A stretch of DNA of 64,000 nucleotides. It comes from an uncultured Cytophagia bacterium (GTDB lineage: Bacteria; Zhuqueibacterota; Zhuqueibacteria; Thermofontimicrobiales; Thermofontimicrobiaceae). The DNA lies in assembly GCA_964605145.1 (NCBI GenBank), contig CAZSBG010000003.1, positions 55,028 to 119,027 on the forward strand, in the 5' to 3' direction. The notes under the pieces are model-generated. The model worked only from the letters and a program-made list of their open reading frames with translations, did not search any database and had not been told where the DNA came from. Each line of letters opens with the position of its first letter. Position 1 is the stretch's first letter. The translations under genes were made by a program, and so were the position numbers. Of this stretch, positions 17,091-26,800 are shown piece after piece.

Positions 17091-18878
17091 TTATCTCAGG
17101 AGGGCTTTGGCGATTTTACACGGCGTCGCCCCCAAATTTTCAACCCGGTATTTTCCAAGGCAGGCCGGCACAATGATCGTTTCGGAATAGTTAAAAATGA
17201 AAAATATGTTTGAATCACTGACTGACGAAAGCTTCACCGACTCACCTTCAACCAGGGTAAGCACATGAAATTTTCCATCGGTGTTGTCCTCCATCTTTCT
17301 GTCGAATTCCAATCTGAACACCACATGAAAAAATTCCCGCCGGTCGCCGATGAGATATTCAGCCCAGCCCCTGCCTGAACGAACCAGCTTCGGTTCCTGC
17401 ACGAGATTTTGCGCCACCCACTTTTTCCGCCGGAACCATTTTATCACGTTGAACGCATGCGCCACATGAATGGGCCGCATGACTCCGTTCAGATCCGGGC
17501 GCAGATGGTCGTAAATTTTGAACGTGTAGCGGTAGGTCGTGGCGCTGATTTCCAGCACCACCTGGCCTTCGCCGGAGCCGTGTACGGTACCCGGGGGAAT
17601 CATCAGCAAATCGTGTCTTTTGCTGGGCACACTGTTCACAAAATCGCGATAGTTGAAGCCAATCCCCTTCTCATCGGCTAATTTCGCGGCCTGGTGGAAT
17701 TCCTCCTTTTGGGTTTCGTCCTTCACCCCCAAATTGACGCTGGTTCCCTCTTTCGCCTCAACGATGTAGTACATTTCTCCCTGGTGATACGGTTCGTTAA
17801 AATGTTTACGGATGTACGGCGTTGGCGGGTGCACCTGTATGGACAGATCGCCGCCTTCCATTGTGTCCAGGTAATCGTAACGAATCGGGAATTCACCGCC
17901 GAATCGCCGTTTTGGCACATCGCCCATAATGCTATCGTAACCAAAATGGAAGAAGGTCGTCCACGGTAATTCCAATATTTCTTTTTGAACCGAAACGAGC
18001 AGGCTCATCTCCTGGGCAATCACCTCAAAACTCCACGCACAGTTGAGCCATTCGTCCGGGAGGTTGCGGACTTTTTTCAGCCATTGCCCGCCCCAGGGGC
18101 CAGGTTCGTACATGGGCTTAAGCCGAAACGGAGAAGTGGCCAGTGCACCAGCGATTTTGCGAAGAGCTGACAGCGAAATCAATTTCGGTGAATCAGGGAC
18201 ATTTCCATCGATGTAATAATCAGCCTTTGCCATCAAACTATTTCGATGTCGGTCATTGACTTGAAAATCAACATAATAAAGCTTTTTCGGACTGACGCTC
18301 TGCGTTTTCCCGGCCATCTGCGTCCATGTTTTCGAGCGCTTCAGAACCTCCTGCCGTGTTAAATCAATGTAGAAAATCGAATCATACAATTTTCGAAGCC
18401 GGCTCAGCGCTGCGCCGGGACCAAAGCAAATGACAAACTCCCGCGCTTCGGTCTTCTTCTTCGAACCGGATATTTCCTTCTTCAGCGAGGCTAATTTTTG
18501 TTTGTCGAATAAAGTGACCAAATCCTTCTTATAAATTCTTCCGAACACCGGATCATCGGTTAAAAACGGTGTCAACATTTCATCGATCTCGGACTGCGAT
18601 TTGAGCCCGCTTCCAACATTGAAAAAGGAAACGGAATATCCCCTCTCCGAAAGCTCCGCTTCCATCTGGCCGATTATGAATTGCCAGTCATTGCCAACAT
18701 ACCCATCCAGCGCGATTATCGCTGGTCTATTTTTATTCGGAAATTGGCTCGCATAAAGCTGATCCAGAAATCCGGCAATCGCCTTCCACCCCACAATCGT
18801 TTCATTGTCATTTTCGAGATTGATAAATGGTTGATTTAAAGCTTCTATTCTGCTCTCAAATTCTGCCTGAGTTGTCAT
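17091..18878 (-). CDS. Fusion protein: unknown ~250-aa N-terminal domain plus C-terminal type I mannose-6-phosphate isomerase (cupin)
   Basis: The C-terminal half has PMI type I hallmarks (YEPGPWGGQWLKK, SIQVHP, YHQGEMYYIVEA, and a second cupin region near the end). The N-terminal IIALDGYVGNDW...FVICFGPGAAL region is not recognised. Confidence 0.6.
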   Translation of the reverse strand: MTTQAEFESRIEALNQPFINLENDNETIVGWKAIAGFLDQLYASQFPNKNRPAIIALDGYVGNDWQFIIGQMEAELSERGYSVSFFNVGSGLKSQSEIDEMLTPFLTDDPVFGRIYKKDLVTLFDKQKLASLKKEISGSKKKTEAREFVICFGPGAALSRLRKLYDSIFYIDLTRQEVLKRSKTWTQMAGKTQSVSPKKLYYVDFQVNDRHRNSLMAKADYYIDGNVPDSPKLISLSALRKIAGALATSPFRLKPMYEPGPWGGQWLKKVRNLPDEWLNCAWSFEVIAQEMSLLVSVQKEILELPWTTFFHFGYDSIMGDVPKRRFGGEFPIRYDYLDTMEGGDLSIQVHPPTPYIRKHFNEPYHQGEMYYIVEAKEGTSVNLGVKDETQKEEFHQAAKLADEKGIGFNYRDFVNSVPSKRHDLLMIPPGTVHGSGEGQVVLEISATTYRYTFKIYDHLRPDLNGVMRPIHVAHAFNVIKWFRRKKWVAQNLVQEPKLVRSGRGWAEYLIGDRREFFHVVFRLEFDRKMEDNTDGKFHVLTLVEGESVKLSSVSDSNIFFIFNYSETIIVPACLGKYRVENLGATPCKIAKALLR

Positions 18879-19050
18879 TTAATTTCCCGGTATTTTTTTC
18901 GAAATCAATTTCTGCCTCAAAGGCTCGGAGGCTCGAAGAAAAAATTAAAAGCAAAAAAAAGAATTATTGCATACAAAAGTGAAATTTTTATTCGCGTAAT
19001 TCTCGGTGGCTCTTTTATATTGGAGTTTTCGCGCCTTCGTGGCAAACGGA

Positions 19051-20922
19051 CTAAATGCACCCTCTGCTTTTCATGAATCTGGCGAATCGCACCACTTCGT
19101 GCGGTTTGGCTAAAAACAACCGACCGCTGTCACCGCCATTTTTGGCAAAGGTCATGGCTTTTTGTACCTCGGCCAGACTCAATCCTTTGGACGCCAGCCC
19201 AAAATAACACGGCACAAATCCCCAAAATGGCGAATCCAGCCCAAGAATAATCCATCCTTTTTGATGGGAGTTGACGATTTTGTTCTCCCATTTCCGCAAA
19301 TCCGCGAACGGATCGAAGCTCCAGTGCTCTGATTGCTGGTTCAGCACGATGAAATTTTCACTCGAAAACAGAATTTCCGGAAACTGGTTTTCATGTTTGT
19401 AAGAGATCGCGTACTGGAACCCGGCCTCGGCTAACACCTCGAACTGCGGTTCGGCCGTGTTGTGCTTGTACTGCGGACACGCATCCTGGAATGAATAATG
19501 GCCGATGGGAAGATGCTTCTTGCCGGCGTAATGTTCGATCACCCCGAACGCCTGCTTCAGACTTTTGAGATAATGCTCCGGGCTGATGTAGCCTTTGGCT
19601 TCGGTGGCCGCGCCAATGCCGGCGCTCACGAGCAACGGTTCGATGGTTGGATAAACGCCCCCCATTTCTTTGCTGATGTACATCTGCTCGATTCCCTCCT
19701 CGGCGTATTCCCACCACGAACTGGGGAACGCCAGACCAGCGGTCAAACCATCGATGGTGTGCAAATCCAGAATCCGCGGTAACACTGGCAAATGTCCCAA
19801 ATCAGAAGCGTAATGCATGAAACATACCGGGATTTTGCCGTTCTCCAACTGGTCTATCAGAAAATCATCGCTGTATTCCTGCTGCCACGGCGGGATCACA
19901 TCCGGCAGCCAGTCATTTGGCATCTTGATTTTATTTTTGATGGTGATTCCCAATTCCACGTCGTGCACCAGCGAAAAAACGATGTTGTGCTTCGATGCAT
20001 CCGCGATGATCATGTCGTTGAATACCTGGCTGCCCCAGACCAGTTTGTTGCCGACAATGTCGGTCAACTCGCCCAACAATTCCACAGCCCGCGGCAGAGA
20101 CTGCACCGCGGCGATGGCAAGAATGCGGTCGCGCAAATATTTTGGCGTCCAGCGCAGGGTGATGGGATCGTTGCCCAGAGCGAATCCCTTTGCCTCTGAA
20201 ATCCAGCGTCGAGCGATCCGTTCGGTGATGGTGACGTAATTATCTTCCGGCTGTACCGAATCGATGATTTCCACTGCCAATCCAAGCTCTTCAAATCGCG
20301 CAGCCGCTTCGGTGGGACAAAAAATGAGATGGACTTTCTTCAATCCCAGGGAAATCAATCGCTGCCACTGGGAATCATCCAATTCACAATGAAATGCCAG
20401 CGCGTTCCGGAAGAAAATTTCCGGATAGCAGAAGGTATCCAATCTCGATTCCCCGGCAATTTTGAAATTACCCAATACAATTTTTTCGTTGGGAAAGGGA
20501 AGTGTTTCGGCCGAGAAAACCACAGCCTCTGTCGGAAATGGTTCATTGAATTGCTCAAAAATTTCAACATAAAAATCGACAAGCTCGTTCGATGTTTTTT
20601 TCACGATGGCGCCGCGATTCCGCGCTCGCAAAAAACGTTCGAATTGAATCGGCGCTTCTTCGGTCAATGCATAAAAATGAACCGAATCGTAAAAGTTGCA
20701 CAGGTAATAGAATTGCTCATCGTGCTTGTTTCCCGTGTACGGCAAGGCATCGCCGATGTCTGCCACACTGGGCCGGACCGCGAAATAACCATCGTAATCC
20801 ATTCCATGTTTTTCCGCTAACCAGGCTAAAACAGGCAACGCGGTCGCGCGAGCGGGGCAGTTTTCATGGCTGTAGAAAAATAGAAGATCGTTATTTTTAT
20901 GAGATTTTTCTATGTTTGACAT
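19051..20922 (-). CDS. Hypothetical 623-aa protein, probably carbohydrate-active (no confident family)
   Basis: Long ORF at native GC in a carbohydrate-metabolism neighbourhood. No catalytic motifs recognised. Confidence 0.4.
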   Translation of the reverse strand: MSNIEKSHKNNDLLFFYSHENCPARATALPVLAWLAEKHGMDYDGYFAVRPSVADIGDALPYTGNKHDEQFYYLCNFYDSVHFYALTEEAPIQFERFLRARNRGAIVKKTSNELVDFYVEIFEQFNEPFPTEAVVFSAETLPFPNEKIVLGNFKIAGESRLDTFCYPEIFFRNALAFHCELDDSQWQRLISLGLKKVHLIFCPTEAAARFEELGLAVEIIDSVQPEDNYVTITERIARRWISEAKGFALGNDPITLRWTPKYLRDRILAIAAVQSLPRAVELLGELTDIVGNKLVWGSQVFNDMIIADASKHNIVFSLVHDVELGITIKNKIKMPNDWLPDVIPPWQQEYSDDFLIDQLENGKIPVCFMHYASDLGHLPVLPRILDLHTIDGLTAGLAFPSSWWEYAEEGIEQMYISKEMGGVYPTIEPLLVSAGIGAATEAKGYISPEHYLKSLKQAFGVIEHYAGKKHLPIGHYSFQDACPQYKHNTAEPQFEVLAEAGFQYAISYKHENQFPEILFSSENFIVLNQQSEHWSFDPFADLRKWENKIVNSHQKGWIILGLDSPFWGFVPCYFGLASKGLSLAEVQKAMTFAKNGGDSGRLFLAKPHEVVRFARFMKSRGCI

Positions 20923-21155
20923 ACGCCTCCTTTTTATTTGCCTGCAAGAAACAAGATGCGATTTATTTTTTTAAGTGGTGGTTATGATTCGGTAAAGCAT
21001 CGAATCTAATTAATCCAGAAAAAATTGAAATTCATCTCGATTGCAAATTCCGATTAAACCTTTAAATTATCACAAGTAATAGATTCCCGCTAAAAGCATG
21101 CGGGAATGACAGCGGTGATAAATTCAATCTTCTTGATCGGTCGAAATGAGTACAT

Positions 21156-21192
21156 CTAAAAGCAATTAAAGAGGAGCGGCGTCCTTCGCTCC
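21156..21192 (-). terminator. Candidate intrinsic terminator after the COG0523 gene
   Basis: GC hairpin GGAGCG-N8-CGCTCC (21173-21192) directly after the stop codon. On the minus strand it is followed by TCTTTAATTGCTTTT. Confidence 0.4.
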
Positions 21193-21204
21193 ACGCCCCA
21201 CGCC

Positions 21205-22122
21205 TCACTCTCCCAGCAATTCCAAAAACCTTTCCTCAATTTCATCCTCATCAATATCCTGCCCGATGATAACGAACCGATTCAACCGGCTATCCTTATT
21301 GCTCGCAGGTGTGATGGACCACATTTCAGACGTGGCATCAACGAAATATACCTGATTTTCGATGGACACGAAGCCCTTCAACCGCATCACTTTTGAATCA
21401 ACGGTTTCCCGGAACTTGTCCCAATTCGCGTTGGAGAACGTGCCTGTTTTTTCCAGGGTCACGGAAATAACAGGATCGGGCCGGCCTTCGCCGGGACTTT
21501 CGCTGGCGCCGGCATCCGGATGTCTCAATTTTGTTAGCCTGTCTAACGGAAAATCCGCATATTGCGTTTCAATTATTTCTGCTGTAGAATTCATCGCTTT
21601 TACAGCTTTGACCACATCCGCCACCTGGGATTCAGAAACCAGGTCAGTTTTATTCACAAGCACCAAATCGGCGCTGCGAATTTGGGACGCTGGCGCTTTG
21701 AGGTTATCTTTAATTTTCATAAAATTCTGACAATCGACCACACACAGGCAGGCCTGCAATTCAATGTAATCCTTTAAATTGGGCAGTGCGAGCATTTTTT
21801 CCATTTCTGTGGTGTCGGCCAAGCCGGTCGCTTCAACAATGAGCAGGTCAGGCTTAATTTGGGTAGCGATCTTTTCCACCTCAAAAATGAAATCCGTGCG
21901 CACACAGATGCAAAACAGGCTGCCCTTGTTGAGTTCCACCTTTTCATAATTGCCCTGTACAAGCATTTCACCATCGATGCCCACTTTGCCGAATTCATTG
22001 ATTAGCAACACGGTTCGCTGGCTTTTGTAGAATTCGATCAATCGATTCAGCAGCGTGGTTTTCCCGGCGCCCAAAAAACCGGTCAGTAATATTGTTGGAA
22101 TCATTCCAGGTTTTTCAGCCAT
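21205..22122 (-). CDS. COG0523-family (CobW/YjiA/ZigA-like) metallochaperone GTPase
   Basis: G1 motif GFLGAGKTTLLN, metal-binding CxCC-like motif (SLFCICV) and a C-terminal CobW_C-like domain. It overlaps the upstream gene by 22 nt. Confidence 0.75.
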   Translation of the reverse strand: MAEKPGMIPTILLTGFLGAGKTTLLNRLIEFYKSQRTVLLINEFGKVGIDGEMLVQGNYEKVELNKGSLFCICVRTDFIFEVEKIATQIKPDLLIVEATGLADTTEMEKMLALPNLKDYIELQACLCVVDCQNFMKIKDNLKAPASQIRSADLVLVNKTDLVSESQVADVVKAVKAMNSTAEIIETQYADFPLDRLTKLRHPDAGASESPGEGRPDPVISVTLEKTGTFSNANWDKFRETVDSKVMRLKGFVSIENQVYFVDATSEMWSITPASNKDSRLNRFVIIGQDIDEDEIEERFLELLGE

Positions 22123-23774
22123 TCTTTAATCACCTCCACGGATGGGACTCGGCCAACCGATTTAACATTTTGATCAATTGTAATGATGGCCGGTGTGGAT
22201 GCCACACCATATTTATAAATTTCTTTTTCATCTTTCACATGTACAATTTCGACGAGGCTGCCTAATTCTTTCGCCGCCTGAACCACATTTTGCCACGCTT
22301 CATCGCACGTCTCGCAGCCATCACCCAGCATAATCAGTTTGCCCTTGTGCTGTTGTAATTTCATAAAAAATTTCTCGTTAATTCGTTCCTGGATGGCTTT
22401 TATTAACTCATCGCGAGATGGAATGGTGCTGACAAACTTAATTTTCCCATCGATGCAAATTGTGGGAATATTTTTCACCATCAAGCCCATCATGAATTCC
22501 ACGGACTCCTTTTCCTTGATTTTATGCTCCCGCCAGATGAGGAGATCGTTGAACTGCGGGGCAACTGTTTTCACCGCTTCCACCATGTACTGACAAGGCG
22601 CACACCCCTCAGAATCCAACGTGATGACATCGATGATCACTTTATCCGCCTGCCCATAATCAGCGAGATTGATCTTGGTTGCGACTTTTTCTCGCTTTTC
22701 CAGCAATTCACGAGCGACATCCAATTTATAGGGATCGTGGATGATTTCCGTGATGGCTATTAAATTTTTGGGTGGCACGGCGTATGGCAGGTCACAGCCG
22801 GGTGCAAGGATGAATCCGGTATCCCCGCCCACGTCAAGGCATTCAAGGGCATTCCGTTTGGAATCGTCTTCGCTTCCCATGAGTAATACGACAGTCAATT
22901 GCAAATTTCCGCCAAATGAAATGCCAAATTTTTGACAGATATTTTTCACATAATCCAGTGGGATGTTTTCATCAATGGACACGTTGTCCGGGCGTGTCTC
23001 GCACATGGCTTCAATATTTCTCTGGGCATGTCCGCACACGAAAAATGAGGAATAAGCGCCCTGTTTACGAATTTCATCGAAGAAATCCGTGGCTGCCGGT
23101 GTGACAAATTCACGAAAAGCTTCCGGCGAGATCTGGCTGGTCATGGGATCGACCATAGCAATGACGTCGCAGCCGGCTTCGATGTACATACGGGCCATCT
23201 TTTTCGCTATCTCATTTGAAAAATGAACCAGTTCTTTCACAGAATCCGGATTATCAAACATATCCATGAAAATATCGGTCCCTTTCAAATGCAGCGACAG
23301 GGTGAAGGAACCAGTGACAAGTCCGTATAACGCAACATCATCAGTCTCTTTTTTGAGCGTCCGGATAGCTTTTAAAATCTCTGGAATTCTGCCTGAATTT
23401 TCATCCGGAATTTTCAAATCGCTGATTGACTTTCCATTGGCCAGCACATGATCCACCACAGCCGGGGGATTGTCTTTAGACCATTGCAACTGGCAGCCCA
23501 TGGCCTCGGCTTCAATTTGAAGATCGAACATCACAGGAATGCCATCCGGTTTGTACTGCTTGATTGCTTCTTTGGCGCCCTGCACCATCAAATCACCTGA
23601 CTTCAAATATTCATCAGCCTTTTTCCCGATTAACGCGCCGCCATGGCAACCAACAAATGGCAGCCAGGGTGCGCGTTCGGTTTTTTTACCTTTCAATGCA
23701 TCGAATAAAAGTTGTTTGCTCATTTCATTGCCCTCTATTAATTTGAAATTGTATAATTGTCGTAACTCACCCAA
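22101..23774 (-). CDS. URO-D/MtaA-superfamily (methyltransferase-like TIM barrel) protein fused to two C-terminal thioredoxin-like CxxC domains
   Basis: The N-terminal ~350 aa are uroporphyrinogen-decarboxylase-family-like (ERAPWLP..., ...FILAPGCDLPYAVPP). Two ~85-aa thioredoxin-fold modules follow, with CAPC and CETC motifs and ...GVASTPAIIID..., typical of small redox-active disulfide proteins. An alternative start is Met18, at 23723. Confidence 0.65.
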   Translation of the reverse strand: MGELRQLYNFKLIEGNEMSKQLLFDALKGKKTERAPWLPFVGCHGGALIGKKADEYLKSGDLMVQGAKEAIKQYKPDGIPVMFDLQIEAEAMGCQLQWSKDNPPAVVDHVLANGKSISDLKIPDENSGRIPEILKAIRTLKKETDDVALYGLVTGSFTLSLHLKGTDIFMDMFDNPDSVKELVHFSNEIAKKMARMYIEAGCDVIAMVDPMTSQISPEAFREFVTPAATDFFDEIRKQGAYSSFFVCGHAQRNIEAMCETRPDNVSIDENIPLDYVKNICQKFGISFGGNLQLTVVLLMGSEDDSKRNALECLDVGGDTGFILAPGCDLPYAVPPKNLIAITEIIHDPYKLDVARELLEKREKVATKINLADYGQADKVIIDVITLDSEGCAPCQYMVEAVKTVAPQFNDLLIWREHKIKEKESVEFMMGLMVKNIPTICIDGKIKFVSTIPSRDELIKAIQERINEKFFMKLQQHKGKLIMLGDGCETCDEAWQNVVQAAKELGSLVEIVHVKDEKEIYKYGVASTPAIITIDQNVKSVGRVPSVEVIKEWLKNLE

Positions 23775-23807
23775 TCAAACTGGTTCACTTTTTTTTATAA
23801 TGCCATC

Positions 23808-26800
23808 TTACTTCAACAATAGTAGCTTTCGCTGCTTCACCACTTCACCGACCTGCATTCTGTAGAAATATACGCCGCTTGAAACCGCCTGTCCCGCAGA
23901 ATTCAGCCCGTCCCATTCCGCCACATGAAATCCACTGGTTTGTTCCGCATCCACAAGCGAGCGAACCAATTGGCCACTCACATTGTAGATTTGAAGTCTC
24001 ACGCGAGCCGGCCGGGGCAGTTGATACCGGATCGTGGTTTTCGGGTTGAATGGATTGGGATAATTCTGAAACAGGCGATACGATTCGGCTGGTTGAGAAT
24101 TATGCGCGGCGATTCCGGACACGGTGAAATTCGCCCTGACAGTTTTCACCTCATGCGGAATGAGTGAGACCTGCACGCCAGCCTCTGTTACCGAAGCCGC
24201 CGATGTTTCATTTTCCACGCCGTCCGTCACGCTGGCCGAACTCCACCTGAAGATATCCGAAGACAGCGTTGCATTGGCTGTGGTTCCGGCCCATTCCAGC
24301 AGCCGAAAAATAGCACCATTCCCATCTTCGGCCTGTTTGGCATTCACCAACATCACATTAGCCGGCACCACATTGAAAAAGCTTGCGGCCGGTTCCCGAA
24401 ATTTACCGTTCGGATTACTGTCCACCAATTCAGCCAGCAGCGGGTTGCTGAACGCCCAATTGAATCGGGCTGACTGAACCTCATCGAAGGATCGGCTCTT
24501 CCCGCAGAACGAGTAGTGCATTACAATGAGCGGACTGGCGCCAGGCTCGCCAATGATGGGACCGACGCTTCCATCGGCGAACATGCCCTCATCCTCTTTT
24601 TTGATGAAGCGGGAAATCAGTGTGGCCGCAGTCGGGTTGAATTCCGAATTGAGTCCGTGGAATTTTTCGAACTCCACCACGAACGCTTCGCGGTTCGCCC
24701 AATTTATGGAATACGCGCCGTCGCTCATGGCGCCCCCGTGCTGGATGGCGAAATATCCGCGCGGCGCCCCGGGCAGGTGATCGGTGGCCGGATTCAAAAA
24801 TCCATGCGCGCCTTCCAGGCGTACCTCAAAATTCGGCAGATCGAATGGAAACGTGTAGGCATAATATTCGAAATTAATATTCTGCGGAACCCAATCCATC
24901 AAATCGCGATCCGCAGTGTTCACAATATCCACGCGGTCGATATCGTTGTAGAGCCAGATTTCGGTTCGAACGATGGGCGTGCCGGTTCGGGTAATCACCA
25001 GGACTTTGGCCACATCGCCCTGAATCGACGTATCCATCTGGGCAACACCTGATGGAATGGACACATAACTTCCCCCGGCAGCCTCTGCGCTGTTCGCCTT
25101 GATGCAGCCGTTGAAGCTGTGCTCACTCGCAATGTTGACCAGCTCGCGTTGTTCCCGTTTGTCATAAATACTGAGAATGCTCCCATCGACTGAACTGACC
25201 TCAATCCGGTAAAAATCGTTTTCAATGGCAGGCTCGACGAAGGTCTTTGTATTTTCAACCAGCGGCTTTTCATCAGGCGATTCTTTTCCGGGCGAGGCCA
25301 CAAGTTTATAAATTTTGTACCCAATCGAAGGAACATCCTTTGCTGCGAACAGAATCTCCCCGGTCGATTCAATTTTCTGACAAGCAATTGCGCTGTCGTT
25401 CGCGGCGTCGATCAGCGAAAAGCTTTGATTCAGCCATTCGTTGTTCAACGGCATTTTCACAACATCGGTTCGATCCCAGGAAAGCGGATTGAAAACCAGT
25501 ATCGAAGGCGACTTCGTCTGGACTTCTGCTGCCAAATTCGCAAGCCCTGTTTCAACCAGAAAGCAGGACGAATCGTACGCGTCTTTGGCATAATGAAACG
25601 CAATCTCACTTTGATGCCGGGCTTCATCGTAAGTCATTAAACCGGGCCACGGGGTGCCGCCGCCGCTGTGCTCGTCGAATTGCAGCATGTTTTCATAAAT
25701 GCCATTCATTTCCGCAGCCGGATATTCCGAAGCCTGCACCGACAAATTAATGAGCGAAAGTTTTTCCGCCGTGGTGGCAAAGTCATGCGCCGCGCGATTC
25801 ATTCCCATGCTCTGCGGCGTGTTGAGCGAGATGTGATCCCAGCCTCCGCTCCAGTCACCGCGATAGGTTTCGAACTGGCTCCCGTATTTTTCTTCCAAAT
25901 GAATGAAAAAATCTTCCGGCCGCGCCACAATCAGTTTCGGATTGGCATAGCTTTTATTCCACAAACTGGTCATACCGACGTGCAGCGTATTCGGTTCGGT
26001 ATTTTCAATTTTCCCGACCATAATCATAATCGCGTCATAGGGATAGCCGGCTGCTTCCAACCGTGTCAATTCATTGTACAGCGCCTCGTAAAATGTGGTT
26101 ATATGCGACATTTCAAAGGTGGTGTACCATTCGATATAGCTGCCATAGCTGATCCATGTGAGCACTTTGCTGCCATCCGGTCCCTGCCAATAAAACGGAT
26201 TGTGCGCGGCCGGCAATTTCGGACCGCCGCCAAACGCATCGTTAATGCCGGTTGCCATGTATTTCACCCCGGCTTTTGCCAGCGCCGAGGGCATTGCCCA
26301 GGCATAGCCGGGCACATCGTTCTGAAAAATTGTGTTCAATTTAAATCCAAATTCCTGCCGGTACTTTTCCGCCGGGTAGAGGAATCGATTCAACTCCTCG
26401 GTGCCCAGTGTGGCCGAGTGCATGGTAGCGTAGCCGGCGCACATGTCCATTCGGCCGGATTGTACCAGTTCCCGGAAATGGTCAATTTCCGCGGGAGTAC
26501 TTCGCTTCAGCCACTGCTCCAATTGCCAGATGCTTTCAATTGTCCATTTGTAGGTGGGAATATTATCGATGTAGTTGATGGCTTTATCGATGATGGTTTT
26601 GTACTGATCCGCCACAACATCCTGGGGATCGGTGAAGCCGATGTCGAGATGCGTGAAATGCACGAGGTAAATGTATCGAATCGGCGACGCAATGCCTGGC
26701 TGGGCAAAATGAAACGCGCCCAAATCTGCAATGGTCCCGTCCGGGTCGACTTCGCTGGCAGGGTCGCCGGCATCGATGCAGGGCGAGCCGGGGCTGAGTC

